The notes beneath the pieces are model-generated. The model searched no databases. It had not been told where the DNA came from and saw only the letters and a program-made list of their open reading frames with translations. From the human T2T-CHM13v2.0 reference genome, Homo sapiens, in assembly GCF_009914755.1 (NCBI RefSeq), contig NC_060939.1: a stretch of DNA of 64,000 nucleotides; one strand, 5' to 3'. Position numbers and translations under genes: made by a program. Below, piece after piece: positions 47,179-61,279 of this stretch; positions within the stretch are counted from its first letter, which is position 1, and each line of letters starts with the position of its first letter.

Positions 47179-47994
47179 AGGGGCCTGAGCTAGAGAAAGA
47201 CTGGGTGTCTGGAGAAGAAAGGCTCTCTTCTCCTGTATATAGGCTGTCACACTGCACATTCTCCTGTGATTTCAGTTCTTTTCCCCAGGTAAGAGGGGAC
47301 TAAAAACTTCAGAACAGACCCCCTTAGCCTACAGCTACCATCACATACTTTTCACTCACTTATAAACATACTCCTAGGAGGTATTAATGTGGCCATGCCC
47401 CTCCCAGGAGTAAGTACCACCCTTAGGAATCCCATCACAGTGCCTTCTCTTCTAGTTTCTTGCCAAAAACCTACACAAGTGCCTATAGGTCTCCTAGTAT
47501 AATTCTACCCTCAGACACTGAATCTGCAACAGCAACCTGTTCTCTCCACCACCTGTTAATAATCTCAACTGCCTGCACGGACACAGGAATAATTCTGAGT
47601 ATAGCCCCTTCTAGACCATTATCTTTAACACAAACCAGTCTGTCCACCTACCTTTTACTGTCCTCCACTCATGGATTTTTGGTGGCTCCTTTCTGTTTTC
47701 TACATTTTTCCCCACAGTTTCTCTTTTACGTGTACACAGTGTGTCCAGGACCACCCATTAGATACCTAAATCCAGTGTGTACTGAAATTCAGATGTCTGG
47801 AAGTTCAAGATCATGTCCTTAATCCAGCTGTTGCTTTTCTTTAAAAAGCATTTAGCCTACATGTACATTTTTGTTTGCTTTTTTGAAATACACACATATA
47901 TATAAATTATTTTAACAGCTAAATAAAACTTACCTTTTTTTCTTTTTTTTGACTCAGGATTCTCTTTATCTAGGACCTGAGAACCACCACTTTG

Positions 47995-49675
47995 TTTTTG
48001 CTTTTGATTTGGCAAAGTTTTTTTTTTTCCATTTTCAGTCTTTTAAAGTAGACACAGATTTGTTTAGAATGATAAAGCTCACTTTAAGATCACACAAAAG
48101 TTGAGCACAAAGGATAGGATTCAATTCAGCAATACAGAGTAATGAAGAGTAAAAGATACTAAGTTTCTCCAACAGAAAACTAATCATCCAAGGCGATTAT
48201 ATCAAAGGTGATAATATCTGGAGCCTAAAGTATTTAACACTGCAAAAGCTAGAACTGTTAGTGTATAAACTGAGCAGTGGAATTTTTAGCTGTGCTTTGG
48301 TTTCTACTTATTACTTCAGAAAAATTAGCATAGTTTTGTTTAGTCTTTAGTAGACAACATGCATCCATGTAAATTAAACAGTATTTTCTACAATTGTGTG
48401 AATATAAGGCCACAATATTTATTTTGAATAAACTTCTTAAATAGTAATTTTAATATTAATGTTATTAATTTGTTTGAAATATAAAGTATTATAACTTTAA
48501 GTTTATATAACTTTATTATAAGTATTAATTTCTTTGAATTAAGTTTATATAACTTTAATATAAGCATTAATTTGTTTGAAATATAAAGTATTATAAAATA
48601 TTGTAATTAAGCTTACAGATAATTTTTAAAATATATACATTATGACTAATATACCAAAATTATTTATATGTACACATTTATATTTAATACCCAAAGAAAA
48701 TTTACTACCACATTGCTACAGTAGATATTAACCTGACATGTTTATTAATTGATCCTATAGGTATAATTATAGGTCAGCATAATTTTACAGTCTATTCTTT
48801 TATTTTACTAAATTAGGAATGCCACTATTCCCGGACAAATAAATGCAGGTGATGTGGCCACCCAAGAATCATAGTAGCTCTTCAGTTAGCTATCTTGCAA
48901 TCTCTGATATAATTCTACTATGTGAATAGAGTGAATTCCAATTCTTCATCAAAAAGTGCTGGTGGAGGTTGTCAGGTGTGTTCCAGTATAGATTCCCAAT
49001 CCAACGGCCGGCAGATGGGAGAGCAGCAGAGATGGAAATTCTGCTCAGAATAAGCCCTCTTTCTCATAATACTTGTATTTCTCATGCTGAGAGTAGCTGT
49101 GCACTTTTGGTGTTTAGAGAAGAACTTCTTTGGAAGAATATTTTCTGGTCAATTTGACCAATGTTACATGTAATCTGAATTTGTCTTTAAGATTCTTTCA
49201 ACCTCTTTTCTTCTCTCAATACGGTTTTACTCAGACTGAGAGCTGTCTTTCTCTTCAATGCTTTGGGAATTCAGTGCTTTGTGTCTAAGCCCTATTAGTA
49301 TCACATGGTGTCTGTGAGTGAGGGGGGCTGTCACCGTGAGAACTCCTGGAGCTGCTCTATCTAGATCCATGCTATGTATCCAGCAATATTCTTTTTGTGT
49401 CAGTATTATAAATAGAAACTGAGGCTGAAACATTGCTCCCGTTTCCCTTATTGCAAAAGTGCAATTCTACCCAAGAGCCCTGCAGGCTCTCCTCCTGCAG
49501 CTCAGGGACCCCGCTCTGTAATGTAAAATGTGGGGACCCCACTCTCTAATGTAAAATGTGAGCTGCCAGCTGTGGGCTGTGCCTCAGTGGTAGATGGCAG
49601 GGTTTGGGAGAGGACACAGGCCACCAGGAGAGGGCAAGCAGAATTGCTGCAGCCCAGGGCTTAGTGAGTAGGGAT
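47995..49675 (-). pseudogene. BNIP3 processed pseudogene (probably BNIP3P41)
   Basis: Minus strand translates to [32 protein letters not shown]...LTTSTSTF* (CDS equivalent 49524-48949). Intronless, start codon lost, internal stops, long 3'UTR with T-rich tail, TSD-like CCACCACTTTG/CCATTGCTTTG. Confidence 0.92.
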
Positions 49676-49700
49676 CCATTGCTTTGAAATATAAATAGCC

Positions 49701-50128
<428 letters not shown>

Positions 50129-50270
50129 CTAAGTTGCAAAACTGCCTCCTATCATGATGTTGGAAGTTTATTTTTTCTTTGCATATAACCAACCAGCATA
50201 CACAGAAGGAGTCCCCAATTACCAGGTGAGTTTAAGATGAACTATGTATAACAAATGGTTTGTACAGAAG

Positions 50271-50844
50271 GGAGGCAGGAGAATGGGGTATGGAGGCAGA
50301 GAACTTAAGGCCAATTTGTGCTGACTTCCTAAAAGAAAAAACACCAAGGTCTGGAGGCAGGAAACCTAAGGCCAATTAAGACAAACTTCCAACAGCTAAA
50401 CCAAAAGAAAAAGTCCCATCTCCCCACACCTGAATAGCAAAGGATCAAAGGCTACTGTCCCTACAACCCTCCCCTTTCTACCACTTCTCAGGTAGAAAGG
50501 GAAAGTGCCTTGGAGTGGCTGCAGGCCAAGCACCTGCATTCCTTCATCCGCATAGCGTGCCAATTCTCCTAAGCCTTTAATTAGCCACAGACCAAATCCT
50601 TAATCCATATCAGTGGTAGCTGATAGGGACCTCAAAAGGAGTACTAAAAACCCAGAAAACTTCGTAACTGGGTCCTTGAGCCACTTGCTCAAGCCCATAC
50701 CCACCCTATTTCTTACCTTAATAAATTTCCGCTTTTGATGCTTCCTCCCTCTGTTTTGTTCCTTTGTTACTTTGTGCATTTTGTTCAATTCTTTGTTGCC
50801 AAGGACCTGGACAACTCACACTCACGGCCTTCGTTCTGGGAACA
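50271..50844 (+). mobile_element. MER51-like solo LTR (ERV1)
   Basis: GAGGCAGGAGAAT...GGAGGCAGAGAACTTAAGGCC start, AACA end, 4-bp GAAG TSD. Confidence 0.75.
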
Positions 50845-51924
50845 GAAGTGCAGTTAGATGTGGATGCATGTGATTGGTGCTTAAACTCACAGTGCCCCAC
50901 ACCAAAGGAGAAAAACACATAGTTACAGCCTGTGTGTCCAAATTAAGTCCAGATTAGGTCCAAGGACAAATAGCAAAACAAGAAGATTGCCTTTAATCTT
51001 TTCCCTCCACTTCTAAACTCTGGAGGACAAGGCTGTGAAGAGATCTGAAGACATGGTGTTCTCTGCTTGTGTGGCCCCAACATTCTTTGTTTGCTGTCTG
51101 ATATTTGAAAGGAAGAGGAACCTTTGATAGAGGAGGCAGTCGGACGCTGGTTATGCAGATAGAGAGAGGGCCTGGGGAGAGGAAAAACACGTGTGCGACC
51201 GCACCTGCACCACATCTGTAGCTAGCAGGAAGAAATGTGGTTAAGAACTTCCTCTTATGCCAGGATGTTGCTCCAAAGGGACTGTCCCAACTTAGCACAG
51301 GCGCAATAAATCAACCCAAATGTCCTTAACTTGACCCAGCTCATTATAAGGTCATTAACATGACATTAGCATTGTGGTTTTGGCTCTCCTCGTGTAAGTT
51401 TCGCTTAGGCACTCATGGGTAATAACCAAAATGGAGTCACTGTGGCCAATCCCAGGCATGCGCAGATGCAACACCCTTAGTGAGGAACTTTACCCCTCCC
51501 ATTTGGGCAGAACCCACAGAAGACATACTTGTTCTTGCCACATAAAAGACCCAGACCTCAGCCTCATTTCTGGCAACCTGCTTTCAGGTCCCCTCTTGCT
51601 TCTGAGAGCTTTCCTTTTGCTTAATAAATCCTACTCTGCCTTGCTCACTCTCTGGTATCCGTGTGCTTCATTCTTTTTGGTCGTGGCACAAGAGTCCCGA
51701 CCTGGCTGAACCGAGGAGACCACCACACCTCCACCAAACAGCAACTGGGAAACCGTGGTCTTCACGTGGATACTCTCAGCTTGCAGCCCCTGCTCTCTCT
51801 AGGGGCACTGTCCCACCCACCCTTGAGCCTGAGGAGAAAAGTTGGTAGAGAGGCTGGTCCCTTACTTCCAGCAGAAAAGAGGTGTTCAGGCCCTCACTTC
51901 CCTAAGGGAAGAGAGCCCTCATGG

Positions 51925-52230
51925 CTGCGCTCAATGTGGCAGCCACCTGCCATATGTAGCTACTGGGTACCTGGAATGTGACTGGTTTGAAGTAAAATGT
52001 GCTGCAAACATAAAATACACAGTGAGTTTAGAAGAATTAGATCAGAAATACATAAAATACACAGTGAGTTTAGAAGAATTAGATCAGAAATATACTTTAT
52101 TTCTAATTATATATCAATCACATATTAAAACAATATTTTGATACAATGAGTTAAAAATTATTACAAACAACTTCACTCTTTAAATATTATTTTTGACGTG
52201 GCTAATAAAAACGCAAAATTCACAAATTAA
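51925..52230 (+). mobile_element. MER33/MER3-like DNA transposon fossil with a perfect 42-bp tandem duplication at 52008-52091
   Basis: GCAGCCACCTGCCATATGTAGCTACTG...GTGGCTA motifs; ACATAAAATACACAGTGAGTTTAGAAGAATTAGATCAGAAAT occurs twice. Confidence 0.65.
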
Positions 52231-52362
52231 CATTTTATTTTTTAAAGGATTGCTTCCCTCTTAAAATCTCAGGTGTCCTACTCAAAAGACTAGCGGCCAG
52301 AAGGGTTATGAAATCTAAAATATTAAAATAATTGTCATTATATCACTTCCGTTTGTGAAAAA

Positions 52363-52428
52363 GTGTGTGTGCATGCATGTGTGCATGCGTGTGTGTGCGC
52401 GCGTGTGTGTGCGCGTGTGTGTGCACGT
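52363..52428. repeat. 66-nt alternating purine-pyrimidine tract (Z-DNA prone)
   Basis: Uninterrupted TG/CG/CA alternation just upstream of the promoter. Confidence 0.85.
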
Positions 52429-52479
52429 CTGTGTGTAAGTGTATTTTACAAGTGGACATAACCTTACACACAACAAGGT

Positions 52480-53400
52480 TAAAAAAAACACCCCTGGGCT
52501 GCGTCAGGCCAAGCCGGGAGAGAAAGCCCCGCCTGAAAGGGCCTGGAGGCCCCAGCCTGTCACTCTTGCCACATCAGTGGAGTGTATGGTTGCAAATTCT
52601 GTTACTCAAGGCCCGAGGGCGGGGATTGGAGTAATATCCAATCAGAGTGTCGGAATGAGAACTGCCCAATCAGGCCCGCAGCCAGAGAGGAGGGGTTGGC
52701 TTCCGGGATCTGGCGCGGCGTTTTCCTCTGGCTCCTGCGAGGGCTTGGTTTAGGGCTTCAGCTCTCTGCGTTCTCGGCTCCGGGAGGCCTCGGTGATTCA
52801 GCCACAGCCTCTGCCTCCCGTTGCTCTGTGACCTGAGGGTATTGGACAATTTGTAGCTAAGACTCCCGGATACCCTGAAGTCGGGAAATGGTGAGTGTGC
52901 GGGGCAGGGCGTCCGGAGGCTGGGGAGGCCTCATCGGAACCGGCGGGAAATGGCGGCGGCGGGACCGAGTCTGCGAACGGAGTCCCCGCTGCCGCCTCTC
53001 AGCCCTCAGTCCCCTCCGGTGACGGACCGGGCTCCTGTCGGTCCCCGCACGGCGGCTCTGGCCCAGCCTGCGGCCCTCCTTGTGCAGTTCTGCGCCCGCA
53101 GCCCCGCACCTTCCCTGGGCCGTGGGGTGAGGAGGAGCTCATCTGGAAGACGCCGGCGCCCGCGTGCGAGGTGCCCGCCTGGGAGGAGCTGTGGTCCGGG
53201 GGTCCGGTCCCTACTTTACCCTGTTCGGAATGAGATCGAGGCCCCATCGAAACAAAGTTCATGTGAGCAAACGGGGTCTCATTAATGGGACAGCGTCGGC
53301 CGCGGCTCCTGGTTTGGGGACTGCCAGCGGGTCTTGAAGGAAAGGCTTTTGTGAGGTGTGTGAGCAAGCGAAGCAAATCACCCGCCCGCTCCAACTATTC
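52480..53400 (+). promoter_or_regulatory. ZNF595: CpG-island promoter of the KRAB-ZNF gene
   Basis: ATTGG/CCAAT boxes near 52625, 52638 and 52666; ETS-type CTTCCGG near 52700; CpG-rich exon 1 and intron start. Confidence 0.85.
52888..52890 (+). CDS. ZNF595: Exon 1 coding part (ATG only) followed by a GTGAGT donor; 5'UTR from ~52700
   Basis: GAAGTCGGGAAATG|GTGAGT, the ZNF91-family exon-1 layout; phase 0 fits exon 2. Confidence 0.88.
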
Positions 53401-53969
53401 CACCAGTCCCTTTGCCCTGTGCACCTCCTCCGCGTGGCTGTTCCTGAGTAACATCTTTTAGAATACGCTGGTGTCGGTGCGCACGGCGCTTCTCAGTTCT
53501 GTGAGTAGTTCTGCCACATTGCTGAACTTGAGGGTGTGGGCGCCCCTGGTTTGTAGACAGGCGTTCAGAAATGAAGACGGGTGTCCAGAGGCAGGGACTG
53601 GCGTCTGCAGCGGGAGCAGTTGTGGGAAGAGCGCTGAGCTTGTGGGGTCTGCGCTGACTCTGGGTGGTGTCGTTAGTGAGTTGCTGGACACCGCGTTGGG
53701 GTTGGAGCATTGACTGGTGTTGAGGAAACTCCGCACGTTTTCTGTCAGAAGAAAGACATGGCTGAGCCTGGGCTGGAGAAAGATGCCTGGTGTCTGCGGG
53801 AGGCGCGGCCGGGTTCTGCATATGTGCTGTCCCGCTGGGCACTGTCCTTTTCCTCCAGGTCTCCTTCCGGGGAGAGAGGGGACCCAGAACAAAGAGGAAA
53901 GGAGTTCTGAGAAACATCCCTTCCCTGCACCCTGCTGCCAGCCCCCACCCAATGCTAGTCCACTCCTGA

Positions 53970-54585
<616 letters not shown>

Positions 54586-57500
54586 TCCCACCCATGGCTG
54601 TTGATAGCTCCTTTCTCTTCTGCTTTTTCCTTCCCCACAAATTCTCTTTTCTGTGTACACGGTGTGCCCAAGTCCATCCCTCAGGTGCCTATGAGAATTC
54701 AGACGTTAGTGAGTTCGAAACCAGGCCTTTTGGCCTGGCTGTTGTAGGAGCAAACACAAATTAGAAGAGGCTTAATGCTTTCTCTTTAGAACGAGGGAAG
54801 AATTTTTGCTCTTCTCCTTTTTCTTAAAGCATTTAGTTTGAGAACTTTTATATTTAAATATTTTCTCTGCTTCTTTCAAATATATGTAAATCATTTTTAT
54901 CAGTTAAATAGGTCATTTGTCTTTTTTGGCTCAAAATTGTCTTCATCTGGGACCTGGGAACTATTGCTTTGAAATGTAAATAGCAAGAATATACACCCTA
55001 TTTCACAGTTTCTGTAGGGGACTAGGAGGCTGCCTTCAGCAGGTACCTAGCTCCACATTGCAAATCTACATCCTGTCACGAAGATGTGGATGTTTATTTT
55101 TTCTTTAATGATTAGAAAAAATTAGAAAACCCAGATGACCTCTCAAATTACATGATGAAATTATAATAAATTGTGTATGACAAATGGTGCTTTCAAGGCT
55201 TCTACTTGAGAACTAATTATGGTGACTTTCTGTGTTTGCATTTTCTTAGATTGCTTGTGATGCACATCATATTTTGGTTTAATTATACAACAAAACATTT
55301 TCTTGCAGTTCTGTTACTGTGGAGACTTTTTTAGGATTGCAGATGATTTTGCTTTTAGTTATATTTTCCACACACTGTCCAGAATTACCAGATGTTATAC
55401 ACAAAATGTCGAGCAGACTTCACTTGAGAAAACATTCTTTCTCAGGATTCCAGTCACAACCTGCAATTGTGCGGCAAAGTGCAGCAAAGTATTTCCTAAA
55501 TCTGCAAACAGAATGGTCTCTCTCTTGGCATCTACAGTCCTTTCTAGAGCAGTTAAATTTCTACAAAAATAACTTTTCAGGACAGCAGTCAGTTATTTCA
55601 CCGCCTTCAGTGCTCCTGGCATCTTCCGTTCTGACACTGATTTCAGAGATATGGGGCCCATAAACCTAACCAGATTCACACATACGCATCGATTAAACCT
55701 GAGAAATTCTGCTCCCTCCCACCTCCCCTTGCCCACATGCCCACAAACATTTGGCATGGGCCACATTGTGGCCCACAAACATAGCTCACCAGCCCTCCAA
55801 GACCTAAATGTGCAGTTCCAAATTCTGAATTTATGTCCTGAGATTTGATAAAAGAACTTTTATTTGAGAAATACAAGTTTTTAGATTTATCAGACCCAGA
55901 GATGTGTTAAAATGAGACCACACTCACATACTGTTCTCCTCCTTGAACTATTTGTCTTTTGAAATTGCTTGCTATTGCCACAAGTGGCTGTAAATTAACC
56001 TAATAATGCCACACTGGACACTATGACCCATACCCTATAGCTTAACTATGTATATGGCCAATCACTAACCAATGTTACTTCTATAAACCAATAAGAATTT
56101 CTGACACCTTTCTATCAATCTCCTCTCTGACTTCCTTTTTGCCTGTAAAAATATGCTTGTAACTGCTTCTAATTGGAGTGTATATTCAGGGCAACTTTAT
56201 ACTCCAGGATTGCAGTCTTCAAGCTTTGGCTCAAATAAACTCTCTACTTATGTTTACCCCAGCTTTTTCCCTTTAGCTCAAAATATTCTTTAGAATATGT
56301 TGAAGGAGGCTTCATGAGAAGGTCTTTCCTCTGATTTTACTCTGTTTCCTGTAACTCAAGAATGCAGCACACATTGATCTCACCTAGAATCTGCACATAA
56401 AAGCTGGCTTCTGCCCAGGATTCACAAGACAGGGCCAGACTTTGGGTTGAAGAGATACAGAAAAGTCACAGAAGGTGTTTTCTGCATCATGAGAGGTCAG
56501 CATAGACATAAGCCCCACTTTCAGAGTGGAGCCCTTTGAGTTTTCCAGATCTTGTCCAGTGACCTGCTACAGCTGAGTAAGAGGCTTCTGGTGGGAACAC
56601 AATACTGTGGCAGAATCTGTAAGTGTAAACAAGCACCTTAGCAGTGGGAAGTCAAGGCCACTAAATATCCAGAGCCATAATGCCAACTATGCCTCCCTGT
56701 GTTACTGGAGTAGAGTACTTTTTTCCTTCGCCTACCTCAGAGTTAGCTGATCAGGGACAGGGGATATCACATCCAGATCCAGGATCTGCAGCTCCATCAG
56801 GGCAGTTCCATTTTCTGTTTGCACCCCAGAAAGCCTGAGTCTCCTGCCTGGATCACTATGGGGGCATCAGCCCAGGGTCACTGGGGACACTCTCAGCAGC
56901 ATCAGTGAGTATTTGAGACATTTGAGGATGTCCTGTGCAGACTGGGTCAGTGTTTCATATGGACATTAGAAAAAGAGATGAAATAGTCGTGGTCCCTACC
57001 ATCAAGGAACTTGCATTCTAGAGCACATTAATAAATGATTGAATTCAGCGTCATGTATTCAGTACAAAGATGAAAACTGTACAGGAGACTTAAGCTTCGT
57101 TTGGGTTACTTCCCTTTTATTGTTTTGTGAGTTTTGATACCACCACCTGCATGGCTGTTTATGGACAGAAGAGAAGTCATTATTTGTATTGTTTTTGCCT
57201 TGCTAAGAATAAATATTTAACTTCAAATATAATTGGTCTGGAAAAACAAAGGGTTTTGGTTAAATTCCTTGTTATTGTATGTTATAGATGGGGAAGTGGC
57301 AAAATAGATAAAAATTACACAAACTCTGGGAATCAAATTTCTTTTGGGCAGGCTTAGAAAAGACAAAACTGAAACTACTTAGTGGCCTAGAGAGCAGAAG
57401 CCTAGGGCCCATTTTCTGTCCCAACTTTGCCCAGATCCCCCCTCTACTGAACCTTGTCCAGGTCTGACCCCACACTGAAATACCTCACAGAACTGCTTAG

Positions 57501-58790
57501 AGAAGATCAGAGTTTGGAGTAGCTATTCCTACTGCCTCTCCAGAGCTGGTGCTCCCAATTTCCTGAAACACAAAAGCTGATAAATGGAGAAAGGCAATGT
57601 ACTTTGAATTTAATGTACTTAAATTATTTTATGTAAAATTAAAACCAGTATTTCTAGAGACATCCCATCCAGCAACCTGTTCTCCATCTTTGCAGTTTCA
57701 GTGGATTTTTCACAAGTCTCAAAGTAACTATAAACACAAAAATAAAAAATTCCCGAATTGTACTTAAAACTTTCTTCTGTGTCTCTCCCATTTATCTACA
57801 TTGAGCTATTATTCTATATATTTTTTAAAAATCAATGATAGGAAAACAGAAGAAAAAATAGAAATGCTGGGCCCTGCATTTAAATCCTGGGAAGTATCAC
57901 ACACTTTGTACCCACCTCCCAGGATGCTGTGAGAATTAACACACATAATGTGAGCTTCCCAGCACAGTGCTCTGTGACATACTCCTGAGCACATAGTACA
58001 TGCTCCACAAATATCACATTAATGCATGTGGATGTGCTGTTTTTCAAATGCAGACTTACTCAGACATTGCCACCATCTCCAGCCTCTGTAACCTTTAAAG
58101 GGCTTGCAGATAATGCCACGTTTCAGGATGTTGATTGCTGGTCTTGTCTTCGGATGAAAAGTATTTGTGTTGTGATAAGGGTGTTGGGATAAGGGACTCT
58201 GCGTGCTGTGTCTGCTTTCTCTAGCTGAGTGGTACTATAACGGGTCTAGGAGGAGCATGAGCATTAATGGGAGACTTGGCTATAAAAAGCTGATTAATGG
58301 ACCCTTTTCAAACCTGCAGAATTTTGTTACTTACAGTGAGGCCTAGAATACCAAATTTATGTGCACATTGAAGCTTGAGAGGCAATGTTTAGCTAAGTGA
58401 CTCTCAGCCCAGTCTTCCAGTAGGATCACATGGCAGTTTGAAGAGAAACAGTCACCTGTTCCCTCCCCACAGATCCTGTTAAGTTTCTTGTGTGACATTA
58501 CAGTGAGGCCAGGGTCAAGCATGAGGGCTTCCAGTTACTTTAATGAGACGTGAGTTCACCCTTTGTTCAAGGAGGTCACAGGACCTGCTTTGCTTGGTTT
58601 TGGTAGGGACAGATCAGTGTAGCCCATATTTCCATTGCAGCAACAAAAATTGCTGGCATGCCCTCCTTTTTCTTCAGAATTATACAATACTTTAGATAAC
58701 ATTACTGTGTTAAAAGTTATTTTATCAGATAATTCCAGTCAGCCCCATAAGTCACAACTAGTTCTCTGATTTCACTTATAGTCAAATTAA

Positions 58791-58970
<180 letters not shown>

Positions 58971-59432
58971 TAATTCCTAATACTTCCTCAGAGTTTCATT
59001 TTCTTTCTTTGCAGAATGTCTCTTGGGTGCTTCTGCTTTGCATTAATTAATTTCAGTGCCTTTCTACAAGAAAAAAATTGGGATTTGCTGGTGTAAAAAG
59101 AAAATCTTTAGGATGTTTCATCATTGCATAAACCATCTCTTTTCTTGAGCTAATTTGTGTCCTTCACTCTAGGATAGTAGTAATTCTAGAAATTCAGTGA
59201 TGTAAAATATTGTTTTCCACATCTAAAATCTAATTTGCACCACTTATTTTTGATTCAGTAGTACTGGGTAGTGGAACTTAGAACCCACAGATTTAAAATA
59301 TTTCAGTATTCTAAAGATTCTGTCAGGAAACAATTTTTGGATTAATTTTCTGGAGTCTTCCATAATTTCTTTATTCTACTTAGCATAGTAATAGATTGGT
59401 CATTGGAGTATCCCCAGCAATAGTCATGTTAA

Positions 59433-59552
<120 letters not shown>

Positions 59553-60009
59553 TGAGACTGAATGAAGGAGAGGACACAGGCTAGGAGGCCAGAGGTCAGG
59601 AAGGAAGCCAGGCCTTCAAATGTAGTCTGGGAAACTGCGCCAATAAAAATAATTTCCGAAAAGGCTGCATTTTTTCTCTTATTCACAAATAGGGTCATCT
59701 TCTGTCCCATACTCTTAAATCTTCTAAGAATTTCCTTTTTTTCTTCAGTGATCTCCAAGTTTACAAGGAGAGCCAATGTCCACTTTATCGCTTATAATGG
59801 GCTGCATAATCTGACTGCTGTTCCATTGCTTTTAGTGACATAGGAGTATTTGTATTATTGAGGACCTCTATGTTAAAGTATTTTTTCAAATATTATTTTC
59901 ACATCATGCCTAAAATACGTAAGGTGAATAGTGGACATAATGGGATTTGGTTTAGAAATCTTAGGAACACCGAGGACAGATGTTGCATCTTTTCTGCTTA
60001 GTGATTTTT

Positions 60010-60101
60010 TTTTTTAATTATACTTTAAGTTTTAGGGTACATGTGCACAATGTGCAGGTTAGTGACATACATATACATGTGCCATGCTGGTGTGCATCAC
60101 C
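60010..60101 (-). mobile_element. Extremely 5'-truncated young L1 (L1PA2/3-like), ~90 bp
   Basis: ATTATACTTTAAGTTTTAGGGTACATGTGCACAATGTGCAGGTTAG; perfect 16-bp TSD CTGCTTAGTGATTTTT at 59994-60009 and 60102-60117. Confidence 0.93.
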
Positions 60102-60305
60102 CTGCTTAGTGATTTTTAATCCTGTAGAGGTTGCAAATGTAATTCTACAAAAACTCTTACTCAGCAATTTTATCAGAACAATAAGCGTTTTTCCAAATAT
60201 GAAAAAATATGTTATTTTACTTCAAAATGTTATTTTGTATAAACTGAAATTTGTAATTTGAACTCTATATATATTCAAATTTTCAAATTACAATATAGTT
60301 TACAG

Positions 60306-60508
60306 CACAGGTTTTCAAACTCTTGGCTTCCCTGGGCCACATTGGAAGAAGATTTGTCTTGGGACACACTTAAAATTATAAAATACACAAACAGTAATGA
60401 TAGCCGATGAGCTAAGAAACAAGAAATAGGTTTGTGAATAATTTTTTTGATACCCATCACCACAGATAAGCAAAAACGTCCTCACACTCAAAGGATTGGA
60501 TACCACTG
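60306..60508 (+). mobile_element. MER30-like hAT DNA transposon fossil
   Basis: TTGGCTTCCCTGGGCCACATTGGAAGAAGA...GATAGCCGATGAGCTA; 8-bp TSD GTTTACAG/GTTTAAAG. Confidence 0.85.
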
Positions 60509-60541
60509 GTTTAAAGTATCTACTCACCTTCTAGATTTCTT

Positions 60542-60831
60542 TCTTTCTTTCTTTTTTTTTTTTTTGAGACGGAGTCTTGCTCTGTCACCAAGGCTGGAGT
60601 GCAGTGGCGTGACCTCGGCTCACTGCAACCTCTGCTGCCCTGCAGCCTCCACCTCCCGGGTTCAAATGGTTCTTCTGCCTCAGCCTCCTGAGTAGCTGGG
60701 ATTACAGGTGCCCGCCACGGGGTTTCACCATGTTGGCCAGGCAGGTTTTGAACTCCTGACCTCAAGTGATCCGCCCACCTCTGCCTTCCAAAGTGCTAGA
60801 ATTACAGGCCTGAGCCACCGTGCCTGGCCCG
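60542..60831 (-). mobile_element. AluS with the middle A-rich linker deleted
   Basis: CCCGCCACG joins directly to GGGTTTCACC; TSD CCTTCTAGATTTCTT. Confidence 0.88.
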
Positions 60832-61279
60832 CCTTCTAGATTTCTTAAATGCACTATGTCATTAACCGGCTTAGAACATTCCTAAGTGTATATTAAGCTC
60901 TCAATTGTTACCTTATTTCTTGATAAACTATTATCTTATAATTTTGTCTTATTTAGTAGGAAGCCTCCTGGGATTCTGTCATTGAGCTATAATCCATCTA
61001 TATGTAGAACTGTGTGTCACACACACATACACATACCTATATGAGTCATATATGTGTATAGGAAATTCTCGCTTAACATCATTGATAGGTTCTTGGAAAC
61101 TGTAAGTAAAGCAACATATTGTTTAAGAAAACTAATTTTACCAGAGTTTAATAAATAAAAACAAGTTATGTTTGAATGGCATGTAACAACATTGTTTCAT
61201 TTAAAGATGCAGTTTTCAAGAATCTATTTTGAACATTAAATGAGGACTTAACATACATCTGTGTTTGTGTGATACGGAT

